Positions 31,427 to 41,584 of a stretch of 64,000 bases of DNA are shown here, in pieces. The notes under the pieces are model-generated. The model did not search any database. It worked only from the letters and a program-made list of their open reading frames with translations, and was not told the DNA's origin. The DNA is from an uncultured delta proteobacterium. GTDB lineage: Bacteria > Desulfobacterota > WTBG01 > CAIYCZ01. Location: assembly GCA_963803975.1 (NCBI GenBank), contig CAWDOY010000005.1, forward strand, positions 32,001 to 96,000, in the 5' to 3' direction. Each line of letters opens with the position of its first letter. The first letter of the stretch is position 1. Made by a program: the position numbers and the translations under genes.

Positions 31427-31501
31427 TGTAGGAGTGGCTTTAGCCGCGAAACCATCCCTTCGGCTGCGCTCAGGACAGGCGCGCATAAATGCGCTCCTAC
31501 A
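31427..31501. repeat. GTAG-type REP doublet with nested repeat
   Basis: tgtaggagtggctttagccgcga ... gcgcataaatgcgctcctaca, with cccttcggctgcgctcaggacagg inside. Confidence 0.65.
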
Positions 31502-31553
31502 GAAATTTCAAATATATTTGGTTTGATTTGCGGGAAAAATGTAATGGCAGGCT

Positions 31554-33147
31554 TTAGGGAACAAGTTCTTTCCAGTAATTGAGCGTAAGGGCTCCGGATG
31601 TGATAGTAAACGTGCCGTCATCTTCAAACACTCTTTTGGTCTATGCGGTAGGCATTCTGGACTTTGCCGGTACTGGTAACAGAATAGACAGGCGAGCTGT
31701 AACAAAACTCTGTGGTGGTAACATTACTGCCGGTCCAGCTTGTGGTCTGGGTGGGATTATATAAGGATGCATCACAGTTTTCTTGAACGTAACTTATCTC
31801 CGTGGCAGTTAGGTAGGCTGGTCTGCGTATCCAGAAAACGCGCAAAGCTCGAGCTGGTATCCGCAGGATTGGAACTGATCATGGAAGAAAACGGTGTTGT
31901 TGCCCTGCGGGTTATAATCGCACTTGCCAGCGTAGCAGGGTCTCGTTGCCCCAAGGCCCAGCGGGTCAAAGACTGCTTGCAGTACCTGCAGGGGAGCGGT
32001 ATTTATATTGATTGGTGCGCGGGAACCTGTTGTCCGCTGTACATTGGGGTTCACCCAGGAATAGACCGTGACATAATTTTTTATCAAATCGTAATATGCA
32101 GTGGTCATGCCGCTTACCTGCTGCACTTCCTCAACCGTGTCAAACAGGCTGCTGCCGCGGTAGGTCACAATATTGGTTGCAAGGGTATTTGCCGTGGCAT
32201 CAGCAATACCGCACTCAACCATGAGATACCGGAGCAGGGACTGTGACGCATAATTGAGGTGCACCTTGCCCTGCTCATCATCAATGGGCGCTGATTCAAC
32301 CACACCGCTTCCCAGGCCAATATTTACTGTTTTTGTGCGTGCCGTCGCTGTTTTTAAACGTGGTGTACCAGGGCTCGGTAACTGCATCGTTTTTAGTGGT
32401 AACCCGGATGCAGAGATAATCAATATAGGTGCTTCTGCTTCCAGAGACACAATATGCGCGGATTCGAAAATTGTTTCCACTGCTTGCCAGCAGATTACTC
32501 CAGCTGGGCGTCGCTGCAATGGTTCTGAATTCAAAATTGGGGCTGGCCGTACTGGTGGAGGAAATCGTAACGGTGCTGCCCACATTGACAGGAGAAGTCC
32601 AAGTTCCATCCAGAGTATATTGTAACTGGATAACGGTATTCGTTCCTCCGCTCTGCCGTGATGCCCTGATGCCGATATCCATTGCTTTTATGGGCGTGCC
32701 GCACAAATTATAGCGCTGCTGAAAATCATAGACCTGAAGATAACGCTCGGCGGCAGGGGTTAATGTACAATAATAAAAGGTGTGTACTGGTGAGGGAGGT
32801 TCCGTAAAAAAGCGCTCTGGTAGGATTGGTAAGCCCTGTACCCGCTGGCGCTGACATACGCCGTCCAGACACGGGGTCACACAGTAGCCCGCTGCCGTAT
32901 CATCGGTGGTCTGGGTGGTGCTGGCATCATCACGAATCTCACGCACCGCCCGCTCAATACCGGCCTCGGCAATATAAAATGCCCGGGACGCTGTCAGCTG
33001 GTTTGACGCAACCATGTTCCCGATGTTGGTCATCGATATAATGCTGATGCCGAGAACACTTATCATCATTATAAGAAGAACGATGACAATAGCGGACACA
33101 CCGCTTTGGCCATGGATTATTGATTTATTGGGGGATGTAAACAGCAT
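31554..33147 (-). CDS. Large GspK/PilX(MshP)-like tip pilin with HhH motifs. Broken by several apparent frameshifts (first near 32320).
   Basis: QSG|VSAIVIVLL...RAFYIAEAGIERA, then DEQGKVHLNYAS...FDTVEEVQQVSGM...ININTAPLQVL (GspK-like). Reading continues across frames to ...LNYWKELVP* at 31554. Confidence 0.68.
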
Positions 33148-33148
33148 A

Positions 33149-33625
33149 TCATGCAAGCTCTCTTCGCATGAGGATGTCTGTTGCAAAAGACCGGGACACT
33201 CCCCCGGCTGAAAATGTTAAATTCTGCACCGAGAGAATCGTGTTGCCTGCTGTAAGCGCGCATTGGAACGTTGAAACATTCTGCAGGATACTCTGGTCTG
33301 CTCCCTCTACCCGGTGCAGATCGCTGCCGGACAGATAGTAGCGCACTGTTTCAATAACCCCGTCTCCATCAACATCAGCCGTCACACTAAAGTCAGAAGA
33401 GCTGGTGAGGGTCATGGTGTCTGCCTGCCGGACTTCACTGTCCATGCGCGCTAAAATGACCCGCGCATTTTGATTGAGATCCTGGTCGCTGACCGTCATA
33501 TTAAACAGCAATGCCTGAGAGCTGAAGTAACCGGTGAACATAGTGGCAAGTATTCCTATTATCACAATGGTGCAGATCATTTCGATCAGGGTAAATCCCG
33601 CGCTATCTTTCATATGCTTTACCAT
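33149..33625 (-). CDS. Minor prepilin (MshO/PilW/GspJ-like)
   Basis: AG|FTLIEMICTIVII, DVDGDG loop, VRYYLSGSDLHR. Confidence 0.82.
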   Translation of the reverse strand: MVKHMKDSAGFTLIEMICTIVIIGILATMFTGYFSSQALLFNMTVSDQDLNQNARVILARMDSEVRQADTMTLTSSSDFSVTADVDGDGVIETVRYYLSGSDLHRVEGADQSILQNVSTFQCALTAGNTILSVQNLTFSAGGVSRSFATDILMRRELA

Positions 33626-34014
33626 CAGCTGTGATTAGCTAACACCGTGGTGAGTTTCAAACTGTTTCCGGAAGCTGACACGGTTACTTCGACCTTTTTG
33701 TACGTTGTCGAGCCCGCGTCATCCAGGAATCCGGCATCAACCGGGGTTGCGGTTGTCGTCCAGCTATAGGCAGCATGCGGCGCTGAAAAAGTGCCGCTGC
33801 CGCTGCTTGCCGAGGCATAGCCCGACTGGATATAGCCATCCATTTTCCTCTGTCCAAGCTCGGTTGCTACGGTAACAAAATCAGCCTGGCCCATGGAAAG
33901 CCCCGCGCCATAGAACATATTCATCAAAGGCACAACACCGATTGCCACAATAACAATAATTATTATCATTTCAATCAGGGTAAAGCCTTTGGTGTTTTTA
34001 TGTGCGTTGAACAT
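33625..34014 (-). CDS. Minor prepilin (MshD/PilV/GspI-like)
   Basis: KG|FTLIEMIIIIVI...YKKVEVTVS...LKLTTVLAN. Confidence 0.82.
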   Translation of the reverse strand: MFNAHKNTKGFTLIEMIIIIVIVAIGVVPLMNMFYGAGLSMGQADFVTVATELGQRKMDGYIQSGYASASSGSGTFSAPHAAYSWTTTATPVDAGFLDDAGSTTYKKVEVTVSASGNSLKLTTVLANHS

Positions 34015-34040
34015 GATACAGTACCTGCTTATTGTTACGT

Positions 34041-34541
34041 TCAGCTTGCCGTGACCCGTCCGGTGTTTGCCAGCACCGAGATGGTCATGGAATTTCCGCC
34101 GCCGGAAACAATAACAGATCCGCCCCCGCCGGTGCTCGGGGCTCCAAGATAATCAAACTCTACCGTATAGTCGCCGCCGATTATAACGCCGGGATAATCA
34201 GTAGCGACAACGACAGTATAGTTTCCTGCCTTGAGCGGATGGCTCATAATGGTTTCAGCGCCGCTGCTGCGGTTTACCTGATAGACTGAATAGCTGTTAG
34301 TGCTTGCATAAAAATAGACTTTATAATTATATGCAGTGCTCACTGCCTGGGACTGTGCATAGCGGATATCCGCGGCAATAGCCTGCGCAGCAGCACTGAC
34401 GCGGATGCCCGGCAGGCCCTGAAACCGGGGATAGGCAATGGCGGCAAGAATGCCAAGAATAACAATGACGAGAATTAATTCTATGGCGGTGAAGCCGCGC
34501 TCTTGTTTCATGAAAAATTGCTTAACAGATGATAAGCCCAT
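34041..34541 (-). CDS. Minor prepilin (MshC/FimT/GspH-like)
   Basis: RG|FTAIELILVIVILGILAAIAYP...AADIRYAQSQA...FDYLGAP...NTGRV. Confidence 0.82.
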   Translation of the reverse strand: MGLSSVKQFFMKQERGFTAIELILVIVILGILAAIAYPRFQGLPGIRVSAAAQAIAADIRYAQSQAVSTAYNYKVYFYASTNSYSVYQVNRSSGAETIMSHPLKAGNYTVVVATDYPGVIIGGDYTVEFDYLGAPSTGGGGSVIVSGGGNSMTISVLANTGRVTAS

Positions 34542-34665
34542 GCCTATTATCTTCGTCTTAAATGACCTCTTTCTTTAAAATAATATTGTTATTATAAATA
34601 GATGCAATTCTTCCGGATGCTTCGATTCGCCGCCTTCAGCACATTAAAAAAGGGGAAAAAGCCGC

Positions 34666-34773
34666 TTGTTACTTACGTTGCAAAACACTTGACAGGGCTG
34701 CAAAAAGTCAGTAGAATCGAACCATGCCACGCCAAGCCCGTTTAGATGTCCCCGACGCCCTCCACCACATCAT
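34666..34773 (+). repeat. 108-bp duplicate of the transposon left end (most of the TIR, promoter and first ~16 codons)
   Basis: Matches 35295-35402 at 106 of 108 nt (manual alignment). Confidence 0.9.
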
Positions 34774-34797
34774 CTGCGTTCATCCGCGTCCATAGAT

Positions 34798-35223
34798 TCA
34801 GTATTCAACCCCCTCCTCCACAGTTAGCGGCGGCTTGTAATGCCAGCGGTACTGTTTACCGTTAATAGCGGCTGCAAAAGTATTATCACCGGAGAGCTGA
34901 ATGCCGCCCTTATCTTCCAGATTGTCATACACCGATTTTATGGTGATATTCTGAATGGTGCTGCCCGGCACATTACCCAGCGCGACGTTGGCATAGGTAA
35001 TGGTTGCCGCTGCGCGCAGGATGCAGGTAAACGCCTTAACGGTTGCCTCGTCAGCCTGCCGTGACAGGCTGTTATAGCGGGCGACCGCAACCACCGTAAA
35101 CACTGCGAATACTGCCAGAATAATCACCAGCTCAATGAGAGACAGTGCCCTGTTATCCTGCAAAAAATTCCGCTCATCTTTATTATGTGACATACGGTAC
35201 CTTGCAAAATAATTAGTAAACAT
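34798..35223 (-). CDS. Divergent type IV pilin-like protein (MshA/MshB-like)
   Basis: RA|LSLIELVIILAVFAVFTVVAVARYNSL...LRAAATITYA. Non-canonical cleavage site. Confidence 0.72.
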   Translation of the reverse strand: MFTNYFARYRMSHNKDERNFLQDNRALSLIELVIILAVFAVFTVVAVARYNSLSRQADEATVKAFTCILRAAATITYANVALGNVPGSTIQNITIKSVYDNLEDKGGIQLSGDNTFAAAINGKQYRWHYKPPLTVEEGVEY

Positions 35224-35317
35224 CCCCCATGTAGCTAAATTTCATCACAGTGTCAACGATAAAACAGGTTAACTTTGGGACGACTTTGGGGACGTTGTTA
35301 CTTACGTTGCAAAATAC

Positions 35318-35346
35318 TTGACAGGGCTGCAAAAAGTCAGTAGAAT
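35318..35346 (+). promoter_or_regulatory. Near-consensus sigma70 promoter of the transposase (probably a leaderless mRNA)
   Basis: TTGACA-N17-TAGAAT, ATG 6 nt downstream, no Shine-Dalgarno sequence. Confidence 0.7.
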
Positions 35347-35352
35347 CGAACC

Positions 35353-36324
35353 ATGCCACGCCAAGCCCGTTTAGATGTCCCCGGCGCCCTCCACCACATC
35401 ATGGTCCGGGGAATCGACAAATCAAATATCTTCCGCGACACAAAGGATAAAGCCCAGTTCCTTGAACGCCTCGGACAAAACGTTCAGGACGCAAAATGTT
35501 CCGTCTACGCCTGGGTCCTCATGGACAACCATGTTCATATCCTTTTCCGAAGCGGACAAAGCGGCATATCAGCCGTCATGAGGAAGCTTCTTACCTGGTA
35601 CGCCCAATACTTCAACCGCAGGCACCGCCGGAGGGGACATCTCTTCGAGAACCGGTACAAATCCATACTCTGCGACGAGGACAATTATCTCCTTGCCCTC
35701 GTTCGATACATACATCTTAACCCCGTTCGGGCAAGGATCATCCAGACGATGACAGAGATGGACAAATACCCCTGGAGCGGCCATCGGTCTATTATCGAAA
35801 AGGCAAAATACCCATGGATGGATACTGCAACGGTATTGGCACAGTTCGGAGGCACGAAAAGAAAAACAATAAAGGAATACAGGCGTTTTATCCAGGAAGG
35901 CATGAATCAGGGCCACGATCCACAGTTTTCCGGCGGCGGGCTTGTTCGGAGTCTCGGTGGGTGGTCCAATGTCCTCTCCTTGAGACGGAAAGGCCAGCGG
36001 GAGGAGACGGACGAACGGGTCCTTGGGAGCGGTGATTTCGTGCAACAAGTTATCAAAGAAGCAGAAGACAAGTCGCTTCGGCAAATGAAGCTCAAAAGAT
36101 CAGGACTAACTCTGACAAAGATCATCGAGCAAGAATGCATAAAAGGGCAGATCAGCCAGAAAGAACTTGAGAACGGCAGCCGGCGGTCAAAGGTAAGCCA
36201 AGCGCGTGCCCAGATCGCACGACGCGGCATGGAAGAGATCGGGCTTTCAGCGGCTGAGATTGCACGACGTCTAGGCGTAGCCACATCAAGCATTACGCGG
36301 GCGATTGAAAAACTGGAGAGCTGA
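35353..36324 (+). CDS. REP-associated-type tyrosine (Y1 HUH) transposase with C-terminal HTH
   Basis: LHHIMVRG, LMDNHVHIL (HUH), GHLFENRYKS, RYIHLNPVRA (catalytic Tyr), YPWSGH. C-terminal GLSAAEIARRLGVATSSITR HTH. Confidence 0.9.
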   Translation: MPRQARLDVPGALHHIMVRGIDKSNIFRDTKDKAQFLERLGQNVQDAKCSVYAWVLMDNHVHILFRSGQSGISAVMRKLLTWYAQYFNRRHRRRGHLFENRYKSILCDEDNYLLALVRYIHLNPVRARIIQTMTEMDKYPWSGHRSIIEKAKYPWMDTATVLAQFGGTKRKTIKEYRRFIQEGMNQGHDPQFSGGGLVRSLGGWSNVLSLRRKGQREETDERVLGSGDFVQQVIKEAEDKSLRQMKLKRSGLTLTKIIEQECIKGQISQKELENGSRRSKVSQARAQIARRGMEEIGLSAAEIARRLGVATSSITRAIEKLES

Positions 36325-36368
36325 ACCACATCGCAACGTAAGTAACAACGTCCCTAAAGACTAAAACT

Positions 36369-38460
36369 ATGCAAAGAAACAACGGGAAGCTGTTTTTCGT
36401 CAGCTTTTTAATGCTGTTTATGGAGCTGTTTTTAATCCGCTGGATCTCTACCGAGGTGCGGATTTTTGCCTATGTAAGCAATCTGGTGCTGCTGGCATGT
36501 TTTCTTGGCGTCGGAGCAGGCTGCTACCTTGCTAAAAAAGAGGCGAACCTTTTCATCACCCTGGCAATGCTGGTGCTGATCGCCCTTTCCGTTAAATGTC
36601 TGCCGTTTATTTATATCACTGATATGCTCGGCGGCTTTGCGGATTCCATCATCTGGTTTCAATTCCAGGAGGGTAGCCTTATCGTGTCGCTGCAGGGGGT
36701 CGTGCTTACCATCTATCTGTTCCTGATGATTCTTGTTGCGTTTATACCGCTGGGGCAGATACTGGGAAGTCTTCTGGACAATCACCGCAATATCATCGCT
36801 GCCTACTCAATTAATATTATCGGCAGCCTTATCGGCATCTGGGTGTTCAGCCTCTTGTCGTTCTATTACACGCCGCCGTGGATGTGGCTGCTGAGCGCGC
36901 TTGTCATGCTCTTCTTTTTTATCCCCCGCTCAAAGCTGTACATGACCGTGTTTGCGGCAGCATCGGTGCTGTGCCTGCTCGTTACCGGAACGCACAATCC
37001 CGGCAGAACTCTGTTGTGGAGCCCCTACCAGAAGCTTGAGGTACGGCCATCAACCTATAAAGGGGTACAGAATGGATACCTCATTACGGTAAATTCAGTC
37101 AGCTATATGAGCGCGACCAATCTTTCCCGGGAGTTTTTACAGGGGCACCCGTCTTTCTATGACCCGGACATCTTACGATATAACCCGTACGAAATCCCCT
37201 ATCTATTCCATAATACCCCTGACCGCGTGCTCATCGTTGGTGCCGGGGCCGGCAATGATATTGCCGGCGCCTTGCGCAACAAGGCCCGGGAAATAGACGC
37301 GGTGGAGATTGACCCCGGCATCCATGCGCTCGGCGCGCAGCTTCATCCGGAAAAGCCGTATCAGAATCCCCGGGTGCATACAGTAATTGATGATGCCAGA
37401 GCTTACTTTAAAAAAACAACTAAAAAATATGATCTCATTGTATTCGGTCTCCTTGACTCTCACACGCTCTCTTCCCAGTACAACAATATGCGGCTGGACC
37501 ACTACGTCTATACCGAGGAAAGCTTTCAGGAGGCCCGGAAGCTGTTGAAAGATGACGGCATACTGGTGGTCTCGTTTGCCGCACAAAAAGACTGGATCGG
37601 CGTGCGGCTGAATGGTGTATTGAAAAAGGTTTTTAACGAGGTGCCGTACACATTTGCGACCGTGCTTCCGGCGGAGGGTTCCCTATGGGGCAGCCTTATG
37701 TTTATCACCGGCAACAATCCGGCAAAGATTAAACAGTGGGTTGAAGCGCGCCCGGAGCTAAGAGACTATGTGCGTAAAAATGCGTTCCAGTGCTCGGGCT
37801 CGGTGAAGCTGATATCCGATGACTGGCCCTATCTCTACATTGAGGCCCCGTCTATCCCGCGCATGTATCTGCTCATCATCATGGCGCTGGCGGTCCTCTT
37901 CATTGCGGCGTATCGCCTTATGGGGAGCGCGGGAGAAGGCGGCATTAACTGGCATTTCTTTTTTCTGGGCGCCGCGTTTATGCTCCTTGAGTTCCAGAAC
38001 GTGAGCAAATCAGCCCTGCTGTTTGGCTCAACCTGGATGGTCAACGCCTATATTATATCCGCCATCCTGGTGCTCATACTGCTGGCAAACATATGTGCCT
38101 ATTATTTTCAAATTAAAAATACCCTGCCTGTTTATACCATTCTGCTGGCTTCTGTTCTGATGGTATATTTTATTCCCCTGGATATTTTTAATAATTTCGG
38201 GTATCCCGCTAAATCAATTCTGGTGTCGCTCATCATCAATGTCCCGATATTTTTTGCCGGACTCATTTTTATTACTTCATTCAGCAACGCTGCATCACAG
38301 GGACACGGCCTTTGGCTCAAACCTCATGGGCGCTGCCCTTGGCGGGCTTCTGGAGCCGCTTTCTTTTGTAATGGGAATAAAAGCGCTGCTGCTGGTAGTA
38401 TTGCTCCTGTATGCCCTGTCATATCTTTTCTCTGCACAAAACCGCAGGCAGCTGATTTAA
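36369..38460 (+). CDS. Multi-TM spermidine-synthase-like SAM-dependent transferase. Apparent frameshift near 38300.
   Basis: TM block, WSPYQK, VLIVGAGAGND, AVEIDP, DDARAYF, YDLIVF, SDDWPYLY, FFFLGAAFMLLE. C-terminus continues in ORF 38239-38460 (AFGSNLMGAALGG). Confidence 0.82.
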
Positions 38461-38482
38461 AAGACAAGCGCACGAAGCAACA

Positions 38483-40955
38483 TTATTTCTTGCGCCGCAC
38501 ATAAAACCATGCTGCGATCCCGATTACTGTTAGCAAGCTTATAAGCGCTCCGATTTTAAAGCTCACCGGCTCATACGCAAAGTGCACCTCATACTCGCCG
38601 GGCTCAAGGGCAATAGCCCGGAACGCATAGTTTGCCCGCATAATTTTTTTTGGTTTTCCGCCTGATTGTCCAAACCTCATTGTTTTGCACCGGGTACACC
38701 ACGGCTTTCCACCCCGGGTAGTAGGTATCACTTACTGCCAGCAATGAATTCTGCGGCACCGTAACGCGCAACCGTAACGAATTATTGCTCTCGGACAACA
38801 TGCGCACCGAACCGGGTTTCGCAGCATGTGCAACATCGCCCTCCCACTGCGGCTGCTCTTCGAGAAAAACCTCCTGGTCCGGGTGGAATGACTTTGAGAG
38901 AAGTGGTTGAAGAATTTCTTTTGCAGCCAGCACCCGGTAGTTTTTAACCAGCCACGCCCGTTCATGAAAATTCCGGGTTTGATACAGCTTGATGGTATTC
39001 TTGTTTATCAGTTCCTCTCGTGCGCCCGAAAGCCCCTCTAAACGGGCAGATACAAGCTCAAAGCGGGGCTCCTTGTCAAGCGGGGTAACTGATACAACAT
39101 ATTTTACCCCGTAGAGTTCAAGCAGATTAGTATCACCAATGGATGCACGGGTAGTAAATGCCCCATACAGATCATCGCTTCGCTGCAGGCGGATAACATC
39201 AAGCCCCCACATATCGTGAATATTGTAAAGCATGTTCATGGTCGGCAGGTGTTTTTCCTTCATTGCCTCAAACGGCGAGCAGCCGGCTAATAAAATAGAA
39301 CTGTCCTGCGCCGTAGTCTTTGCGGTTGAAAAGGTCCGGAACCAGTCCCGGTCCGCAGTGATAATTTCCTCTATCCGGGTTTTCTTGAAATAGTCAGCTG
39401 TCTTTTCCTTTCCATAAAAACCCATAATGCCAAAAAGGTCAGCTATGAGACAAATGGTCAATAAGACCGATGCCCATTTCTTCCATCCCGATTCACACCC
39501 GACCCACAGCAAAAGCAAAAAAAGAATGCAATAGAATAAAAAACGTTTCGCATGAAAGAGATTTATGGCGAGGTAATTGTACGCGGGGAAATCAAAACCC
39601 CAGATTTTAAGCAGGCCTTCAATCGTTTCATGCTGCAGCGTCAGCAGAAGCAGCAGCAGTGCTGACACACAGGACCATGAGAGCAGCAGTTTCTTAATCC
39701 TTGCGCGATACTGCTCTCCACAAAGAGCCTGGAATCCCAAACCTGATGTTATAGAAAGCGTTAATATTGCTATATAGAGAAATTTTACCGGGTACCTGAG
39801 CCCCCCGAACAGGGGAACATAATTAAACAGCAAGGGATACAGCGGGTTGTATTGCCCCAGGGACAAAAAAACAGAGCTCACTATCAAGGCGGCATAGAGC
39901 TTTCTTCCCCGGCCTAATAAAAAATAGAGGAGGCTTAGAATAAAGGGAAGTCCTCCGGTGTAGAGCGTCTTCAGCCAGCATTGATTACTCCAGTATTTGT
40001 CTTTATTAATAAAATATCCATAGGCATCATTGAAAAAAAACAGGAGCATGTCCTTCGGAGAAAAGCTCCAGGTTGTTGCTTCGTGGAAGGAAAGCCCCCT
40101 GCCGCGTATTGAATGGCTGAACAGCTCGAGACAGGGAATGAGCTGAATCGCGGCAAGCAGGGCAAAGATGCAGAGCACCATGGCCAGGCTGCGAAAGCCA
40201 TAGAGCAAATTTTTGTGCCGCTCATCACAAAAAAATAGCATCAGGAGAAGAATAATGACATTGCCGTAGACATTCTCAAGCCCTCCCCCTAAAAATGAAA
40301 CAGCCATAAGGACGGCGGTTATAATCTCATTGCTGCTGCCCGGACGCATCAGCGCCCTCCTGAAAAACATGATGATCAGGGGAGTCCAGGTTACCGTGAG
40401 GAGCGTTGGCAAAAGGCTGTGAATAGAGAGCAGATACCCGCTCAGCATGAAAATAAGACCGGCAATGAGTGCGCCGACAGCGCCCGCTTTTAAATCTCTC
40501 AAGAGCAGATAGGTAAACACGCCGGACAGAAAGAAATGAAGAACAATAATAGTGTTGAAAGCTATATCAAACGGGAGAATAAAAAAAAGGCTGTTTAAAG
40601 GATAGAGGATAGCGTATTGCGGGTTGGCAAAAAAGGGATACCCGCAGAACTGATACGGATTCCATAAGGGGAAATCCCCCCGCTTGATGCTCTCCACCCA
40701 GAAGAACCGGGGGGGAATAAAGTAGGCGCTTAAATCCCGCTCAATGAGAAGAAATCTGCCGGGAATGAGGTCGATAAAAAACAATACTGCAGCAGAAAGA
40801 AGGGTCAAAGAAGCATATACATCGCTTGATTTGACCCTTCTTGTATTAGCTGTAGCCGGATTAGTCACGGAGCATTGATCCGTCTGCAAAACAGTCTCAA
40901 GTTCGGCAATAGGTGGTACTTTGTTACGCAGTTCATGTCTCGAGCTGCAAATCAC
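38483..40955 (-). CDS. YfhO-family (GT-C fold) membrane protein. Apparent frameshift near 38640, start uncertain.
   Basis: GDFPLWNPYQFCGYPFFANPQ, LRYPVKF, SDTYYPGWKA, then RANYAFRAIALEPGEYEVHFAYEP in ORF 38483-38731. Confidence 0.85.
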
Positions 40956-41314
40956 CAGGTAGCTGTGGCAGAATAAACCGTTCCCGGAGCAGTTGTGCTG
41001 TAGGAAAACGTGTACGTATTTCCTGCGATGCTGACCGACATGGTGCTGGCACCTGCTGCAGTGGCATCAACGCCCTGGATCTGAGCATTGCTGACAACCG
41101 ATGTCCAGTCATAGGTTGTGTTTTTAACAATATACTGGGCATAGAGCATCGAATTGGCTGACCGCATTGAGCCCAGTATGGCCCGTGCCGTGGCATCTGC
41201 AGCAGAACTCTTTAAATCAATATAGCGCGGAATGGCTATAGCAGCAAGAATACCAAGGATCACGATGACCATGATCAGTTCAATAAGTGTAAAACCCTTT
41301 TGTGACTTTTTCAT
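40952..41314 (-). CDS. Major type IV pilin (MshA-like)
   Basis: MKKSQKG|FTLIELIMVIVILGILAAIAIPRY, strong RBS GGAGG, directly downstream of pilC/mshG. Confidence 0.88.
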   Translation of the reverse strand: MKKSQKGFTLIELIMVIVILGILAAIAIPRYIDLKSSAADATARAILGSMRSANSMLYAQYIVKNTTYDWTSVVSNAQIQGVDATAAGASTMSVSIAGNTYTFSYSTTAPGTVYSATATW

Positions 41315-41584
41315 AACTATTTCCTCCTTCGTTACGTTGCTTGACTAAAAAAATATGGTTTAATTCTATCTGCTTAATGTATTTCGCCTCTCTCATTGTT
41401 TTCTGTATTTGTAATTATCGCTGTTATCCTTGTTTTTCTTTAGTATTACCTGATAGTCCCTCCTTTTATTAATAGTATACTCCAAACAAAAATTTTAAAC
41501 AATTTTTTATATATTTTAAGGCTGTACCCGGGGCCTTTTTAAAAAATCAGTGCCCCTGCTGCCATCTTGTTACCGCCGGATTGC

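Larger units (their letters stand above)
35284..36359 (+). mobile_element. Y1/HUH (RAYT-like) transposase element with terminal inverted repeats
   Basis: Perfect 22-bp inverted repeat GGGACGTTGTTACTTACGTTGC (35289-35310 / 36333-36354), extendable to 27 bp with one mismatch, tightly bracketing the transposase gene. Confidence 0.8.

Noticed and set aside
40952..41314. Major pilin as an electrically conductive e-pilin
   Set aside because: Aromatics are about 11 of 113 mature residues, but positions 27, 32 and 57 are L, A and K, and the context is MSHA-like. Support is insufficient.
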